From Candidatus Woesearchaeota archaeon (GTDB taxonomy: Archaea > Nanobdellota > Nanobdellia > Woesearchaeales > UBA119): a stretch of 64,000 nt of DNA. Shown one piece after another: positions 1-9,672 of this stretch. Position 1 is the first letter of the stretch; the number at the start of each line of letters is the position of its first letter. The stretch covers positions 82,473-146,472 of the forward strand of contig DAOSEK010000001.1 of assembly GCA_035363095.1 (NCBI GenBank), given 5' to 3'. Both the position numbers and the translations under genes were made by a program. The notes under the pieces are model-generated. The model saw only the letters and a program-made list of their open reading frames with translations. It was not told the DNA's origin and did not search any database.

Positions 1-265
1 AGACATTTTATAGAAATAGGATTTAGATCTGATACAGACTCATTATTAGTAATAAAATCAAGAACAAATTTCATGCATTCTATTCCACTACCGCTTGTGA
101 TGCAATCATAATTATCTAAAAGTAATTTTTCAATATTATTTGGAAACTTTTCCATGATTGAGCGATATTTTAGTGATTTTTATAATTTGTCTAAGAAATT
201 TTCACAATATTAGAATATTTATGCACTTTTTTAAGGAAAAAACAAAAAAAGGGTAAAAAACAGAT

Positions 266-610
266 TTAGTTTTTGGTTATTGATATGATTGAACTTATTG
301 CTACAACTGCTGTTGCAGGTGCAACAAATATAACCATTAACCCAAAAAAGTTTTGGATTGCAGAGCCTAATAGTGGAATTACTGAAAATACTGAGCCTAA
401 AGCATTAAATGTTACAATAAATGCGATACTTGCGATTAAGAATTTTTCAGTTTCTTTAGTTGTTACATTAAATAGTCCTACAACAAGACCTAAAAGTGCC
501 AAAATCCAAGCCGATACTGAGTTAATCTGCCCAAAAAATGCGATGAATAATGATAGAAGAAATCCTATCACAAACGCCAATCCACCATAGTTTATTTTCA
601 TATTTTTCAC
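266..610 (-). CDS. Small polytopic membrane protein, unknown function
   Basis: 114 aa ORF with 3-4 predicted hydrophobic helices. No recognisable motif. Confidence 0.35.
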   Translation of the reverse strand: MKNMKINYGGLAFVIGFLLSLFIAFFGQINSVSAWILALLGLVVGLFNVTTKETEKFLIASIAFIVTFNALGSVFSVIPLLGSAIQNFFGLMVIFVAPATAVVAISSIISITKN

Positions 611-819
611 CCCGATAGTATTAAAGACTAGTATGTTAATTTATGTAATGTATATAAAAAATTTGCTATTTGTGGGTTGTGGATTTTTTTAACTGGTCAA
701 GTTATGTGGGTTTTTTAGATGATTTAGGTTAGATATACTTTAAAACATGATATAAAGCCATAAAATTTTCGAAACTTGAGAGTTTGAGCATATAAATGAT
801 AGTTGTTTAAGCAACCTTT

Positions 820-2022
820 ATGTTTGCTAAAATGCTTTTGGGGCTGTTGTTTGGCACAGTTATTGGAATTATTACAGGCCTAATTCCAGGGCTTCATGTG
901 AATACTATTTGTGTTGTAGCACTGGCAATTTCTGATAAGATTTTGGGTTTTTTTGGAAAGATTGAGTTTGCCTGCTTTATTATAGCAATGTCAATTACGA
1001 ACTCTTTTACTAATGCTATACCTGCAATATTTCTGGGTGCACCTTCGGGTGAATCGGAGTCTTTGATAATTCTTCCAGGGCATAAAATGCTTTTGGAAGG
1101 AAAGGGTAATGAGGCTTTAAATCTTACAGTTTTGGGAAGTATTTTATCTCTTTTGACATCGGTTTTGCTTACTCCTGTTTTGATTTTTTTATTTGTCTTT
1201 ATTAATTCTGTTATCAAGAAATATATCGGCTATGTTATTTTAGGGTTTGTGCTTTTTGTTACATTAAAAGGAAATTCTAAGTTAAAGAATCTTTCGTTCT
1301 TTTTTTTATCGGGGATATTGGGGATTTTTTCGTTGGGGACGAATAATAGTAATACACTTCTTCCTTTGCTTTCAGGTCTTTTTGGGATTAGTTCAATGGT
1401 ACTTTCTTTAAGCCAGAATGTTTCAATTCCAAAGCAAGAAAATGTTGGGAATATGGATATTAAAAAAGGAATGATATTTAAGGCTGTTATAGGTGCGTCA
1501 CTAGTAGCGTCGGTAGCGGCGTTTCTTCCAGGTTTTGGAGGGGCACAATCAGCTATTCTTGCACAAACTTTTCTTGGGGATATGGGTAGTGAGGGTTTTT
1601 TGGTGCTTACTGGGGGGATTAATACTGCGAATATGGTGATTTCACTTGATACTTTTTATTCTATTGGAAAAGCAAGAAACGGTGCAATTGTTGCAATAAC
1701 TTCTTTTTTTGAGAGTATTACTTTAAAGCAAATGCTTATCTTTATTTTTACATCGCTTGCAATAGGCGGGCTTTCAGGGGCGTTGTCTGTTTTTCTCTCA
1801 AAGAAATTCTCCGAGTTTATTACTAGGATTAATTATCGGATGATTCTGATTTCTATTATTGTGTTTCTAATTGGTCTTACTTTTGCAACCTCAGGGTTTG
1901 TTGGACTAATTATTTTGGTTAGCTCTAGCGCTTTAGGGATTTGCGCCTCGCTTTTGACTGTTGGAAAGAATAATCTTATGGGTTGTTTGATATTGCCTGT
2001 TTTAATCTATTTTTTATGGTAG
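820..2022 (+). CDS. Integral membrane protein of the DUF112/TctA-like family (putative transporter)
   Basis: 400 aa ORF that is hydrophobic throughout, with Gly/Pro-rich helix motifs (GLIPGLH, LPGFGG) reminiscent of the TctA family. The assignment is by pattern only. Confidence 0.4.
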   Translation: MFAKMLLGLLFGTVIGIITGLIPGLHVNTICVVALAISDKILGFFGKIEFACFIIAMSITNSFTNAIPAIFLGAPSGESESLIILPGHKMLLEGKGNEALNLTVLGSILSLLTSVLLTPVLIFLFVFINSVIKKYIGYVILGFVLFVTLKGNSKLKNLSFFFLSGILGIFSLGTNNSNTLLPLLSGLFGISSMVLSLSQNVSIPKQENVGNMDIKKGMIFKAVIGASLVASVAAFLPGFGGAQSAILAQTFLGDMGSEGFLVLTGGINTANMVISLDTFYSIGKARNGAIVAITSFFESITLKQMLIFIFTSLAIGGLSGALSVFLSKKFSEFITRINYRMILISIIVFLIGLTFATSGFVGLIILVSSSALGICASLLTVGKNNLMGCLILPVLIYFLW

Positions 2023-2083
2023 ATATTTTTGGAAAGGATTGAAGTAGTGAGAACTAAAGGAGAATTTTTTAGGTTTTGTTTTT

Positions 2084-2707
2084 TTAGGTTTTTATGGCAA
2101 ATATGTTTATCCAATCTTCCTTCTTGTGATCAATCGCGATTTTTTCAATCTTAAATCCTTGGGAGCTAATAAGCTCTTTTATTTCTTGCTGAGAGTAAAA
2201 GGAGTAGAATTTTGAAAAGCCTTTGTATTCTTTTTTTTTTACAAATCTTTCGCCTATACCTGATTTAACTGAGATGGAGAGCAATCCTTTAGGTTTTAGT
2301 ACTTTAAAGAATTGATTTAATGCGATTTTAGCCTCGGTTTTGGGGAGGTGCAAAAAAGAAGCACATGCCCAGATACCATCAAATTGCTCTTTTTGAAATG
2401 TTAGATCTCTCATGTCCATTTCTAAAAAATGTGCGTTGGGGACATTTTTCAAAGCGATTTCTAAAAGATTTTTGGAGAGGTCTATTCCTATTGGATTTAG
2501 TCCTTGCTCTAAGAAGTATTTTACATCCCTTCCCGTACCACACCCCACATCTAAAATATTTTTACCATTCAGATTTTTTATGAATTCATCTATTAATTGT
2601 TTTATTGGGGTTATATCAAGATGTGTGCTTGCATATTCTTGGGCAGTTTTATCATATGAGGTTATGGTTTTTTTTATTATGTTTTGTCTTTGCATTTGAA
2701 AAACCAT
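2084..2707 (-). CDS. Class I SAM-dependent methyltransferase
   Basis: Motif I VLDVGCGTGRD, followed by an acidic post-I residue and motif II (DGIWAC). Length is 207 aa. Confidence 0.7.
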   Translation of the reverse strand: MVFQMQRQNIIKKTITSYDKTAQEYASTHLDITPIKQLIDEFIKNLNGKNILDVGCGTGRDVKYFLEQGLNPIGIDLSKNLLEIALKNVPNAHFLEMDMRDLTFQKEQFDGIWACASFLHLPKTEAKIALNQFFKVLKPKGLLSISVKSGIGERFVKKKEYKGFSKFYSFYSQQEIKELISSQGFKIEKIAIDHKKEDWINIFAIKT

Positions 2708-2752
2708 TTATGTTTTTGGTTTTGCTAATTTAAAAATATTTTATGATATTGG

Positions 2753-3670
2753 TTATAAGTTTGACTGCAAGGTTTGCTCAGGCGTAAGGGTGGTTATTAT
2801 AGGGGTTTTTAGCACTAAAATGGTATGCTCATATTGAGATACTAATCCATCTGATGCTTCTACTAATGGTTTGTATTCATCTATAGAATTTGACCTTAAC
2901 AGGTCGCCAAGTGCTAATGCGACCATGGCTTTTGAGAATTTTTTTTCAAGCCACCTGCGTGCAAAAGGCATTTTGTTATAGCTTTTTATTTGCTCTCCTA
3001 TTTTTTTTGTTATTGGATTTCTTGTGTTTTTTATTTCTATTTCTATGAAAACATTTGCAATTCCCTGTTCTGTTACTCTGCCACCCCCCGTGGTTGCAAA
3101 TGGCTCCATGGCTATTACCTGACCTTCTATTAGTTCTGATGAGTCGTTTGTATTATAGTTTGGGATGCTTGGATGTGTGTGTAGTGTATAGATATCCATG
3201 GTGTGTCCTGATAGGTTTTTTATTGGGTTAAAGCCCTTTTTTGAGATTGCATTTTCTATTGCACTGCCAACTGATGAGATTTTAGCACCTATCATAACAG
3301 CTTTAAAGCCTGCTTCAAAGCCCTCTTTTGAGGCTAGCAAAAGCTCTTTATTTTTACCACTTAAATCGATTGTTATTGCTGTGTCTCCTATCGCTCCGTT
3401 TACCATCGCTCCAACATCTAGTTTTATTATATCTTCTCCAATCAGGGTATTGTCGTCTATTGCAGGACAGAAATGAGCAGCGGTGTTGTTTAGTGAAATT
3501 TGTGCAGGGAAAGCTATTTGCCCTCCTTCTTTTATGATTCTTTCTTCAATTAAATCAAGTATTTCTCTTATGATTGCACCTTTTTTGATTAGGGATACGC
3601 CATAGTCCCTTGCGATTGCTGCAATCTTGCCTGCCATTAGCCAGTCTTTGTATTGTTTGTTAGTTTCCAT
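2753..3670 (-). CDS. map: Methionine aminopeptidase, type 2 (archaeal MetAP)
   Basis: 305 aa with the pita-bread fold signature of archaeal MetAP2: AAHFCP, D..G, HTHPSIPNY, EPFATTGGG. Confidence 0.75.
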   Translation of the reverse strand: METNKQYKDWLMAGKIAAIARDYGVSLIKKGAIIREILDLIEERIIKEGGQIAFPAQISLNNTAAHFCPAIDDNTLIGEDIIKLDVGAMVNGAIGDTAITIDLSGKNKELLLASKEGFEAGFKAVMIGAKISSVGSAIENAISKKGFNPIKNLSGHTMDIYTLHTHPSIPNYNTNDSSELIEGQVIAMEPFATTGGGRVTEQGIANVFIEIEIKNTRNPITKKIGEQIKSYNKMPFARRWLEKKFSKAMVALALGDLLRSNSIDEYKPLVEASDGLVSQYEHTILVLKTPIITTLTPEQTLQSNL

Positions 3671-3838
3671 TGGATTCGCCTTTTTACTAAACTAGATATT
3701 ATTTTGTTAAGCTGTTTATTTGCTAGTTCTTCGCCTATTAGAATGTCAGTCAGTTTATAAATTTTAGGTTGGAAGGTTGAAAAAATCCAGAAAAAATGAA
3801 AATGTTTTTAAAAATGAAATACTACCTGTTCTAATTGA

Positions 3839-4525
3839 ATGGTAATTTTTCCTTTGAATAAGAAGAGCTTTAAGCTTGTAGGTGTGATATCCCATTTAGG
3901 GATTATTACAGATCTGGAGAGAGGGTTTAGGTTGGAAGGCTCTGTTGATAAGGCTGTTGTTAGTGTTAAGGAGCTTTGCGAGTTTTGCGTTGAGAATGAT
4001 ATTGAGTTTTGCTCTTTGTTTTTATTTGGAAAGGTTTATCCTGAAGAATACGAAAAGCAGAAATTTATTAGAGAAATGGCTTGTCTTTTGCTTAATGATG
4101 AATTCTTTTCAAATATAAGAATAAGTGTAATGGGGAGATGGGCAGAGCTCTCAGAGATTTCAAATGATGTTAATGCACTGCTTTCAAAGGAGAAAAAGGA
4201 GACGAAATTGACACTTTCACTTTTCCTTAATTATTCGCAAAGAGAGGAGATTGTTGATGTTATTAGGGTGATTACAAAAAAGATAGAGCTTGGAAAGATA
4301 AGCCCTGAAGAGGTTACAAGATACGTGGTTGATGAGCATATTCAACCGGATGTGCCTGATCTTTCAGTGGTTTTGTTTTTTAATACTGATGGCTTTGGAG
4401 ATTTTGTTGGGTTTAAGTTATCTACTGCGATTTTTGGTTTGAGCGAAAAAAGCTTTATTGAGGTTAGAAGGCAAGATATTTTTGAGGCTATTAAAAAGAC
4501 TGGATATGCTTTGATAAAGCATTGA
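3839..4525 (+). CDS. cis-prenyltransferase (UPP synthase) family protein, catalytically degenerate
   Basis: The sequence aligns along the full UPPS fold (LTLSLFLNYSQREEIV vs LTLNIAANYGGRWDIV). The conserved DGNxRW is replaced by SHLGIITD, and the RTGGE..RxSxFLLWQ region by FFNTDG..GDFVGFKLS. Confidence 0.5.
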   Translation: MVIFPLNKKSFKLVGVISHLGIITDLERGFRLEGSVDKAVVSVKELCEFCVENDIEFCSLFLFGKVYPEEYEKQKFIREMACLLLNDEFFSNIRISVMGRWAELSEISNDVNALLSKEKKETKLTLSLFLNYSQREEIVDVIRVITKKIELGKISPEEVTRYVVDEHIQPDVPDLSVVLFFNTDGFGDFVGFKLSTAIFGLSEKSFIEVRRQDIFEAIKKTGYALIKH

Positions 4526-4599
4526 AATCCCTTTTAGCCTTTCTAACAATAGAATTTGGATTAATAAAATTTTGACATTCCTTTGTTTTGAGGAGGTTT

Positions 4600-4908
4600 T
4601 CAATCTACTGTGAAAAGGGTGTTATCATGGACATCAAAAAGCTTTATTCTTGCTCCTGCATCAAGCCAGCCATGGGCGTAATTGATTGCAGCAAAGGCGT
4701 TGATATAGTCTTGTTTTTCAAAGAAATGAAGGGCATCGGAGTAGTAGCATTTTGCCATGTTTAAGAAATCTTTTGCTTCTTTTATGCGGGAGCCATCCAT
4801 TTTTGAGCTTTCTACCATCTCAATAGCTTTTGTTGTTATTGAAAAGTATTTTTGGAGCTTTTTTTTGGTGATTATATTCATTAAGTTTGGGTTTTGTTCT
4901 TTTTTCAT
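4600..4908 (-). CDS. Small alpha-helical protein, HEPN-like
   Basis: 102 aa with a C-terminal helical segment (AKCYYSDALHFFEKQDYINAFAAINYAHGWLDA) that resembles the HEPN (PF05168) pattern. No adjacent nucleotidyltransferase partner is present. Confidence 0.35.
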   Translation of the reverse strand: MKKEQNPNLMNIITKKKLQKYFSITTKAIEMVESSKMDGSRIKEAKDFLNMAKCYYSDALHFFEKQDYINAFAAINYAHGWLDAGARIKLFDVHDNTLFTVD

Positions 4909-5075
4909 TTTAGTAAGTGTTAGGGATATTTTTTTGTTTAAGTATTTAGTGTTTTAGATTTGTTTTTAGGGTTTTTATCGTTTGTTTTATTGTATATTGT
5001 ATTAAAGTTTTGCTCCATTACTTTTTAACGCCTTTTAATAGTGTGCAATTATATTTAAATAATTTTTAGGGTGAC

Positions 5076-7019
5076 TTAAGAGATTAGATAAACCAAGAAG
5101 AATTCTTTTACGACAAAATAGTTATATGAGATGTTTTCAAATCTCGGTTTTGCAATTTTGAATGCATCTTCTTTGCATACATAAACAACACCTTCTTGCA
5201 AGTTGCCTGCAAAGAATTCCTTTTGTCTGTTAAGTATATTTTCTTCTTGTTCTTTTGTCGTTCTTGAAAGACGCACATCTGAAATTTTAAGATTGTTTTC
5301 AATTGCGATTATTGTGAATTCTTTGTGTATTGGTGTGTTTATGTTGATATTAATTAAAGCTAACTCGCTATTTGTTTTGGCTACAAATTGCCATATCGGG
5401 TCCTCTAATATATTTTTGTATTTATGTTTTACAGATGTAAGTTTTGATACTTCGTTAAATATTGATGATAGTTCATATATGTGTAAGATTAGAAAAATGA
5501 TTAAAAATATACAAACTAGATTTTGAATGTTAGGAGTTTTAACCTTTGAAAAAGTATAGAAAATGAAAATAATGATTAGATAATAAAGTGGCCATAAAAA
5601 CCTCGCACTCGCAGCGAATTGCGTTAAAATAATCAAGAAACTGGGGATTTCATATTCTAGTATGAGATTGTTATTAAAGCGTATTTGGTTTGATAAAGAA
5701 AATATTGCCAAAAGAACTACTGCAAGAGCTAAATGAAATTTTTTATAAAAAATCTTTTGGAGTATTCTTTTTCTAAGTGAGATTATAAGTGTAATTGCCA
5801 ATCCTAATAATACACTTATCCCTAAATAATTAAACACCTCACTATTTGATGAAAATATTGGAAAAGAATTAAAAAATCTTGAATAGTAAAGGGGATTAAA
5901 TAAAGAGTTTATATCGTTTGCACAGGTTCCAAATTCATTAATTCCAGATGAAATACTAGCTTGCCCTATTCCTATGAAGTACCCTGAAAAGAACATGATA
6001 AGAATTTGTAAAAATATAATTGGGGTTAATATAATAGACATTTTTAGGATATTATTTTTTTTGAGTTGTGAGATAAAATAGAAGATAAATACAATAAATA
6101 CCATTACGTATAGGTATAAATGTATGAGAAGTGCTGTTGAAATTAGCAGTGTCCAGTATAAAATATCTTTTTTTTCTTTCTTTTTTAAAAAAAGGTAAAA
6201 GGATGCGATTATTAAGAAATGTGCCAGTAGTGCAAGATGACCGCATAAGTAACGTTGTGCAAGTATTGGACTTAGTATGAAAAAAAGGGATGAAGGTATT
6301 AGAAAATTCATTTTTGTTGAGTATAGCTTTAATAACTTAAATGAGAAATGCCCCATTAGGATGTAACATGTTAGAATCCAAATGCCAAAGTATTGGAATG
6401 GAGTTGGTAGTATTTTATTGAAAGGTTTTAAAATGATGGCAAGTAGGGGGATTGAATCTGTGAATACTACGCTTGTTTGGGGGTATCCAATTGATACTAT
6501 TTTTCCAATTGGAAACTGTAATCCTTCTTGTCTGTATGCAAGCCAACCGTAATAGTAGTGTTTAATATCACCATCTCCTAAATTGCCCTGCAAAAGCCAG
6601 TCGACATAATTGGGGTTTAAAAGTGAGATATTGAATATGGATAGAAAAATAATTGTTCCTAGAATTATACCAGTCCAAGGGATTATCTTATTTAGAACAG
6701 GAGTATTTTTTGAGAATGATACTGCTAAAAAAATTAAAATAGATAAAAAGAATACTATTAATGTTTGAAGGATAGAAAAATATTTTGCTCTGAAAATTAA
6801 GTAAAAAGTTACAAAAAGCGATAAGCATATTGAAGATAACAAAACTCTTTTCAAAAAAGCCTTTTTTGAAGGAGTATTCTTGTTGGTAGAAGCGTTTGGA
6901 ACAAATTCTTTTGGGATTATATTATTATCACCTTTTGAACAGTTTGCAAATGAACTATATGAATCTAACCAACAAGTTATTTGAATCAGTGGGTATTTTA
7001 AATATGTGAAAATGGACAT
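5076..7019 (-). CDS. Large polytopic membrane protein (GT-C-like / glycosyltransferase-like family candidate), paralog 1
   Basis: 647 aa. It has an N-terminal membrane domain of about 12 TM helices with a conserved YYGWLAYRQEGLQFPIG...SVVFTDSIPLL block, and a C-terminal soluble domain of about 130 aa. It is a tandem paralog of 7148..9148. Confidence 0.5.
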   Translation of the reverse strand: MSIFTYLKYPLIQITCWLDSYSSFANCSKGDNNIIPKEFVPNASTNKNTPSKKAFLKRVLLSSICLSLFVTFYLIFRAKYFSILQTLIVFFLSILIFLAVSFSKNTPVLNKIIPWTGIILGTIIFLSIFNISLLNPNYVDWLLQGNLGDGDIKHYYYGWLAYRQEGLQFPIGKIVSIGYPQTSVVFTDSIPLLAIILKPFNKILPTPFQYFGIWILTCYILMGHFSFKLLKLYSTKMNFLIPSSLFFILSPILAQRYLCGHLALLAHFLIIASFYLFLKKKEKKDILYWTLLISTALLIHLYLYVMVFIVFIFYFISQLKKNNILKMSIILTPIIFLQILIMFFSGYFIGIGQASISSGINEFGTCANDINSLFNPLYYSRFFNSFPIFSSNSEVFNYLGISVLLGLAITLIISLRKRILQKIFYKKFHLALAVVLLAIFSLSNQIRFNNNLILEYEIPSFLIILTQFAASARFLWPLYYLIIIFIFYTFSKVKTPNIQNLVCIFLIIFLILHIYELSSIFNEVSKLTSVKHKYKNILEDPIWQFVAKTNSELALINININTPIHKEFTIIAIENNLKISDVRLSRTTKEQEENILNRQKEFFAGNLQEGVVYVCKEDAFKIAKPRFENISYNYFVVKEFFLVYLIS

Positions 7020-7147
7020 TTTTTAGTTGCGATTCTTAAAATATTTAAGCTTTTCTTGAGCAAGGTATATTTGACTTTTTGTAAGGATTAGTATTCTTGG
7101 GTTTTTATGTATGTGATTAAGTGGATTGCATCGTATTGGCAAGGAAC

Positions 7148-9148
7148 TTAAGGAACTAGGTATACCACGTCGAATTTTCCAACAATAAAATGACGATGAG
7201 AAGTGTTAAATAGGTTTTTTGTTTTATTGTACAGCTCACGAGTACTTAAGTAAGCTACACCTCGTTGGAGATCACCATTTAAATATTCGTTTTTTCGCTT
7301 GAGAATATGTATATCCTGTTCAAGCGTAGTTCTTGCTAAACGAACATTGGAAATTTTCAGATTATATTTAATTGCGACTATTGTAAATTCTTGATAATCA
7401 GGCAAATTATCAGTCAAGTCAATTAGAGATAGTTCGCTATTTGCTTTGGATACCTCCTCCCAGAAGGTCATTTTAAGGTATAGATTATTGTACGTGTGTT
7501 CTTTTAAACTGTATTGTGTAACCTCTTGATAAATTGATGAGAGTTCATATGTTTGAAATATCAATAGGATTAAAATTATTATTGCGAATAATGAATTTTT
7601 TTTCAATTTTGCAAATGTTATGAAGATAAAAAGAAATACTAAATAGTATAAAGGCCATAGGAATCTGGCCGTTGCAACAAATTGTGTTAAGAATGTAAAA
7701 AAGTTAGGAATGTTATATTCAAATAATATATTTCTATTTAACCTTATTTTGTTTGATAAGGAAAAGAAGCCTAATATTAATGATGAAAATATTAACCAAA
7801 AATTTTTGAAAAAGAGTCTTTTAAATGTTCTTGTGAAAAAAGAGAGGGTTATTGCGATTAAAAGCCCTACGATTATTCCTAACCCTAAGTAGTTAAAAAC
7901 ATAAATATCTGGGGTTTTAATTGGCAACATCATCGATTTTAATACTCTTGAATAGTTTAGTGGATTTATTAAAGAGTTTAGATTACTACTACAAAGACCA
8001 AATTCATTACCTCCTGAAGCTATCCCTGAGTTTGTTGTTCCTATGAAATATCCGGAGATATAAATTAAAAAGAATTGACATATTGATATTAGGACTAAAT
8101 AACATAATATTTTGAAGAGATTATTTTTTTTTATGATCGTAATTGAGTAAAATAGGAATATGAAAAAAATCAGGGCGTATAGATATAGGTGAGTTAATAA
8201 TGATGAAGAAAGTAACAAGAACCATTTTAAAAGGTCTTTTTTTTCTTTCTTTTTTAAAAAAAGATAAAAGGATGCTATTATTAAAAAATGTGCCATTAAA
8301 GCGATATGACTACAAATAAATCTTTGGGTCATAATAGGACTTAGTATGAAAAAAAGGGATGAAGGTATTAAATAATATATTTTTTGAGAATATAGTGCTA
8401 ATAGTTTAAATGAGAAATGCCCCATTAGCATGTAACATATTAGAATCCAAATGCCAAAGTATTGGAATGGAGTTGGTAGTATTTTATTGAAAGGTTTTAA
8501 AATGATGGCAAGTAGGGGGATTGAATCTGTGAATACTACGCTTGTTTGGGGGTATCCAATTGATACTATTTTTCCAATTGGAAACTGTAATCCTTCTTGT
8601 CTGTATGCAAGCCAACCGTAGTAGTGAAATTTTGTGTCACCACTACCTACGTCTTCCAATAATAGCCAGTCATCGTAGGAAGGGTTTATAATTGTGATGT
8701 TAAATATAGATAGAAATACAAGTCCTCCAAGGATTAAGCCTGTTAATTGAGGCAATTTTTTAAGGAGAGGATTATTTTTTTTAAGTATTAGGTAAAAAAA
8801 CAATGCGATTGATAGAGATAGTGTGATTGTTGTTTGGAATGTTGTGAAGTTTTTGGCTCTAAAAACTAAATAGAATGAGAGGAATAAAATTAAATAAATG
8901 AACAATAGATATATGTAATTTTCATTTATCTTTTTAGTAATGAAGGATATTTTTGAGAGGGGCAGATTTGGAAGATCTGAATTTTTTGTTGAGATTGTTT
9001 TATGCCAATCATTTTTTTGATTTTCGTTTGAGGTGTAACTAGATTTGTTAGAAGAATCAGGATTGTTTTTATGTTTATTTAAAAAAATGGGAGGATTCAT
9101 GGGATTTTTTGCAGGTATCAAAAGTTTATAAGCTTTTCTTGGGTGCAC
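7148..9148 (-). CDS. Large polytopic membrane protein, paralog 2 of 5076..7019
   Basis: 666 aa with the same architecture as paralog 1. About 220 nt are near-identical to paralog 1 at the DNA level. The true start may lie downstream of the annotated Met, because the N-terminus is low-complexity. Confidence 0.5.
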   Translation of the reverse strand: MHPRKAYKLLIPAKNPMNPPIFLNKHKNNPDSSNKSSYTSNENQKNDWHKTISTKNSDLPNLPLSKISFITKKINENYIYLLFIYLILFLSFYLVFRAKNFTTFQTTITLSLSIALFFYLILKKNNPLLKKLPQLTGLILGGLVFLSIFNITIINPSYDDWLLLEDVGSGDTKFHYYGWLAYRQEGLQFPIGKIVSIGYPQTSVVFTDSIPLLAIILKPFNKILPTPFQYFGIWILICYMLMGHFSFKLLALYSQKIYYLIPSSLFFILSPIMTQRFICSHIALMAHFLIIASFYLFLKKKEKKDLLKWFLLLSSSLLTHLYLYALIFFIFLFYSITIIKKNNLFKILCYLVLISICQFFLIYISGYFIGTTNSGIASGGNEFGLCSSNLNSLINPLNYSRVLKSMMLPIKTPDIYVFNYLGLGIIVGLLIAITLSFFTRTFKRLFFKNFWLIFSSLILGFFSLSNKIRLNRNILFEYNIPNFFTFLTQFVATARFLWPLYYLVFLFIFITFAKLKKNSLFAIIILILLIFQTYELSSIYQEVTQYSLKEHTYNNLYLKMTFWEEVSKANSELSLIDLTDNLPDYQEFTIVAIKYNLKISNVRLARTTLEQDIHILKRKNEYLNGDLQRGVAYLSTRELYNKTKNLFNTSHRHFIVGKFDVVYLVP

Positions 9149-9348
9149 ATTATCTAAATAATTTATGAAGTAGTTAATGGAGAGAAGTTAATGATTACAG
9201 GTAGATATGAACAAAGGGCATTTTCAAGGCAGTTTTTATTTTAGAAACGTTTTTAAATAAGATTGGTTCTCCGTTTTAGATAAGCATAAGCGTTTGGTTT
9301 ATGAATTTATTTTTTGTAAGTATTATGATTTTTGAGTAGGTGTTTTTT

Positions 9349-9618
9349 ATGAAAGGGATAATCTCAAGTTTTAGAAGAAGCAAGCACAGAACTAGTGAGA
9401 ATCAGATGATTGTTAAAGTGGCAGGTATTGAGGATAAGGATTCTGCTGAAAAGCTTGTGGGAAGGAGTTTGGTTTGGAAAACTTCAGGGCAAAAGGATAA
9501 AAAAATTGCAGGTAAAATTTCTGCAGTTCATGGTTCTAAGGGCTTTGTCAGGGCAATTTTTGAAAAAGGTATGCCTGGACAAGCGCTGAGAGGAGAAGTT
9601 GATATTTCTGATAAATGA
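9349..9618 (+). CDS. rpl35ae: Ribosomal protein L35Ae
   Basis: MKGIISSFRRSKH...VWKTSGQK..GKISAVHGSKGFVRAIFEKGMPGQALRGEV matches the archaeal L35Ae signature (RR.K..Q, HG..G.VRA.FEKGLPGQA). The second ATG is preferred as the start. Confidence 0.7.
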   Translation: MKGIISSFRRSKHRTSENQMIVKVAGIEDKDSAEKLVGRSLVWKTSGQKDKKIAGKISAVHGSKGFVRAIFEKGMPGQALRGEVDISDK

Positions 9619-9672
9619 TTTTATTATATTTTGGTATTTGTTTTTGGATCTTTTAGATTGATTTGTAGAGTG

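Noticed and set aside
273-590. 105-aa plus-strand ORF antisense to the 266..610 membrane protein (and similar antisense ORFs at 894..1217, 2365..2699, 3198..3537, 12240..12665, 28578..29126, 46886..47290 and elsewhere)
   Set aside because: They are embedded antisense within well-supported genes, with no motifs and biased composition. They are typical shadow ORFs of AT-rich DNA.
4418-4603. 61-aa minus-strand ORF
   Set aside because: It overlaps the 3' end of the UPPS-like gene antisense and has a low-complexity K/L sequence. It is a chance ORF.
9340-9618. Initial impression of H/ACA snoRNP protein Gar1
   Set aside because: The sequence (RRSKH..Q, VWKTSGQ, HGSKGFVRAIFEKGMPGQA) matches ribosomal protein L35Ae much better than the Gar1 glycine-rich beta-barrel.
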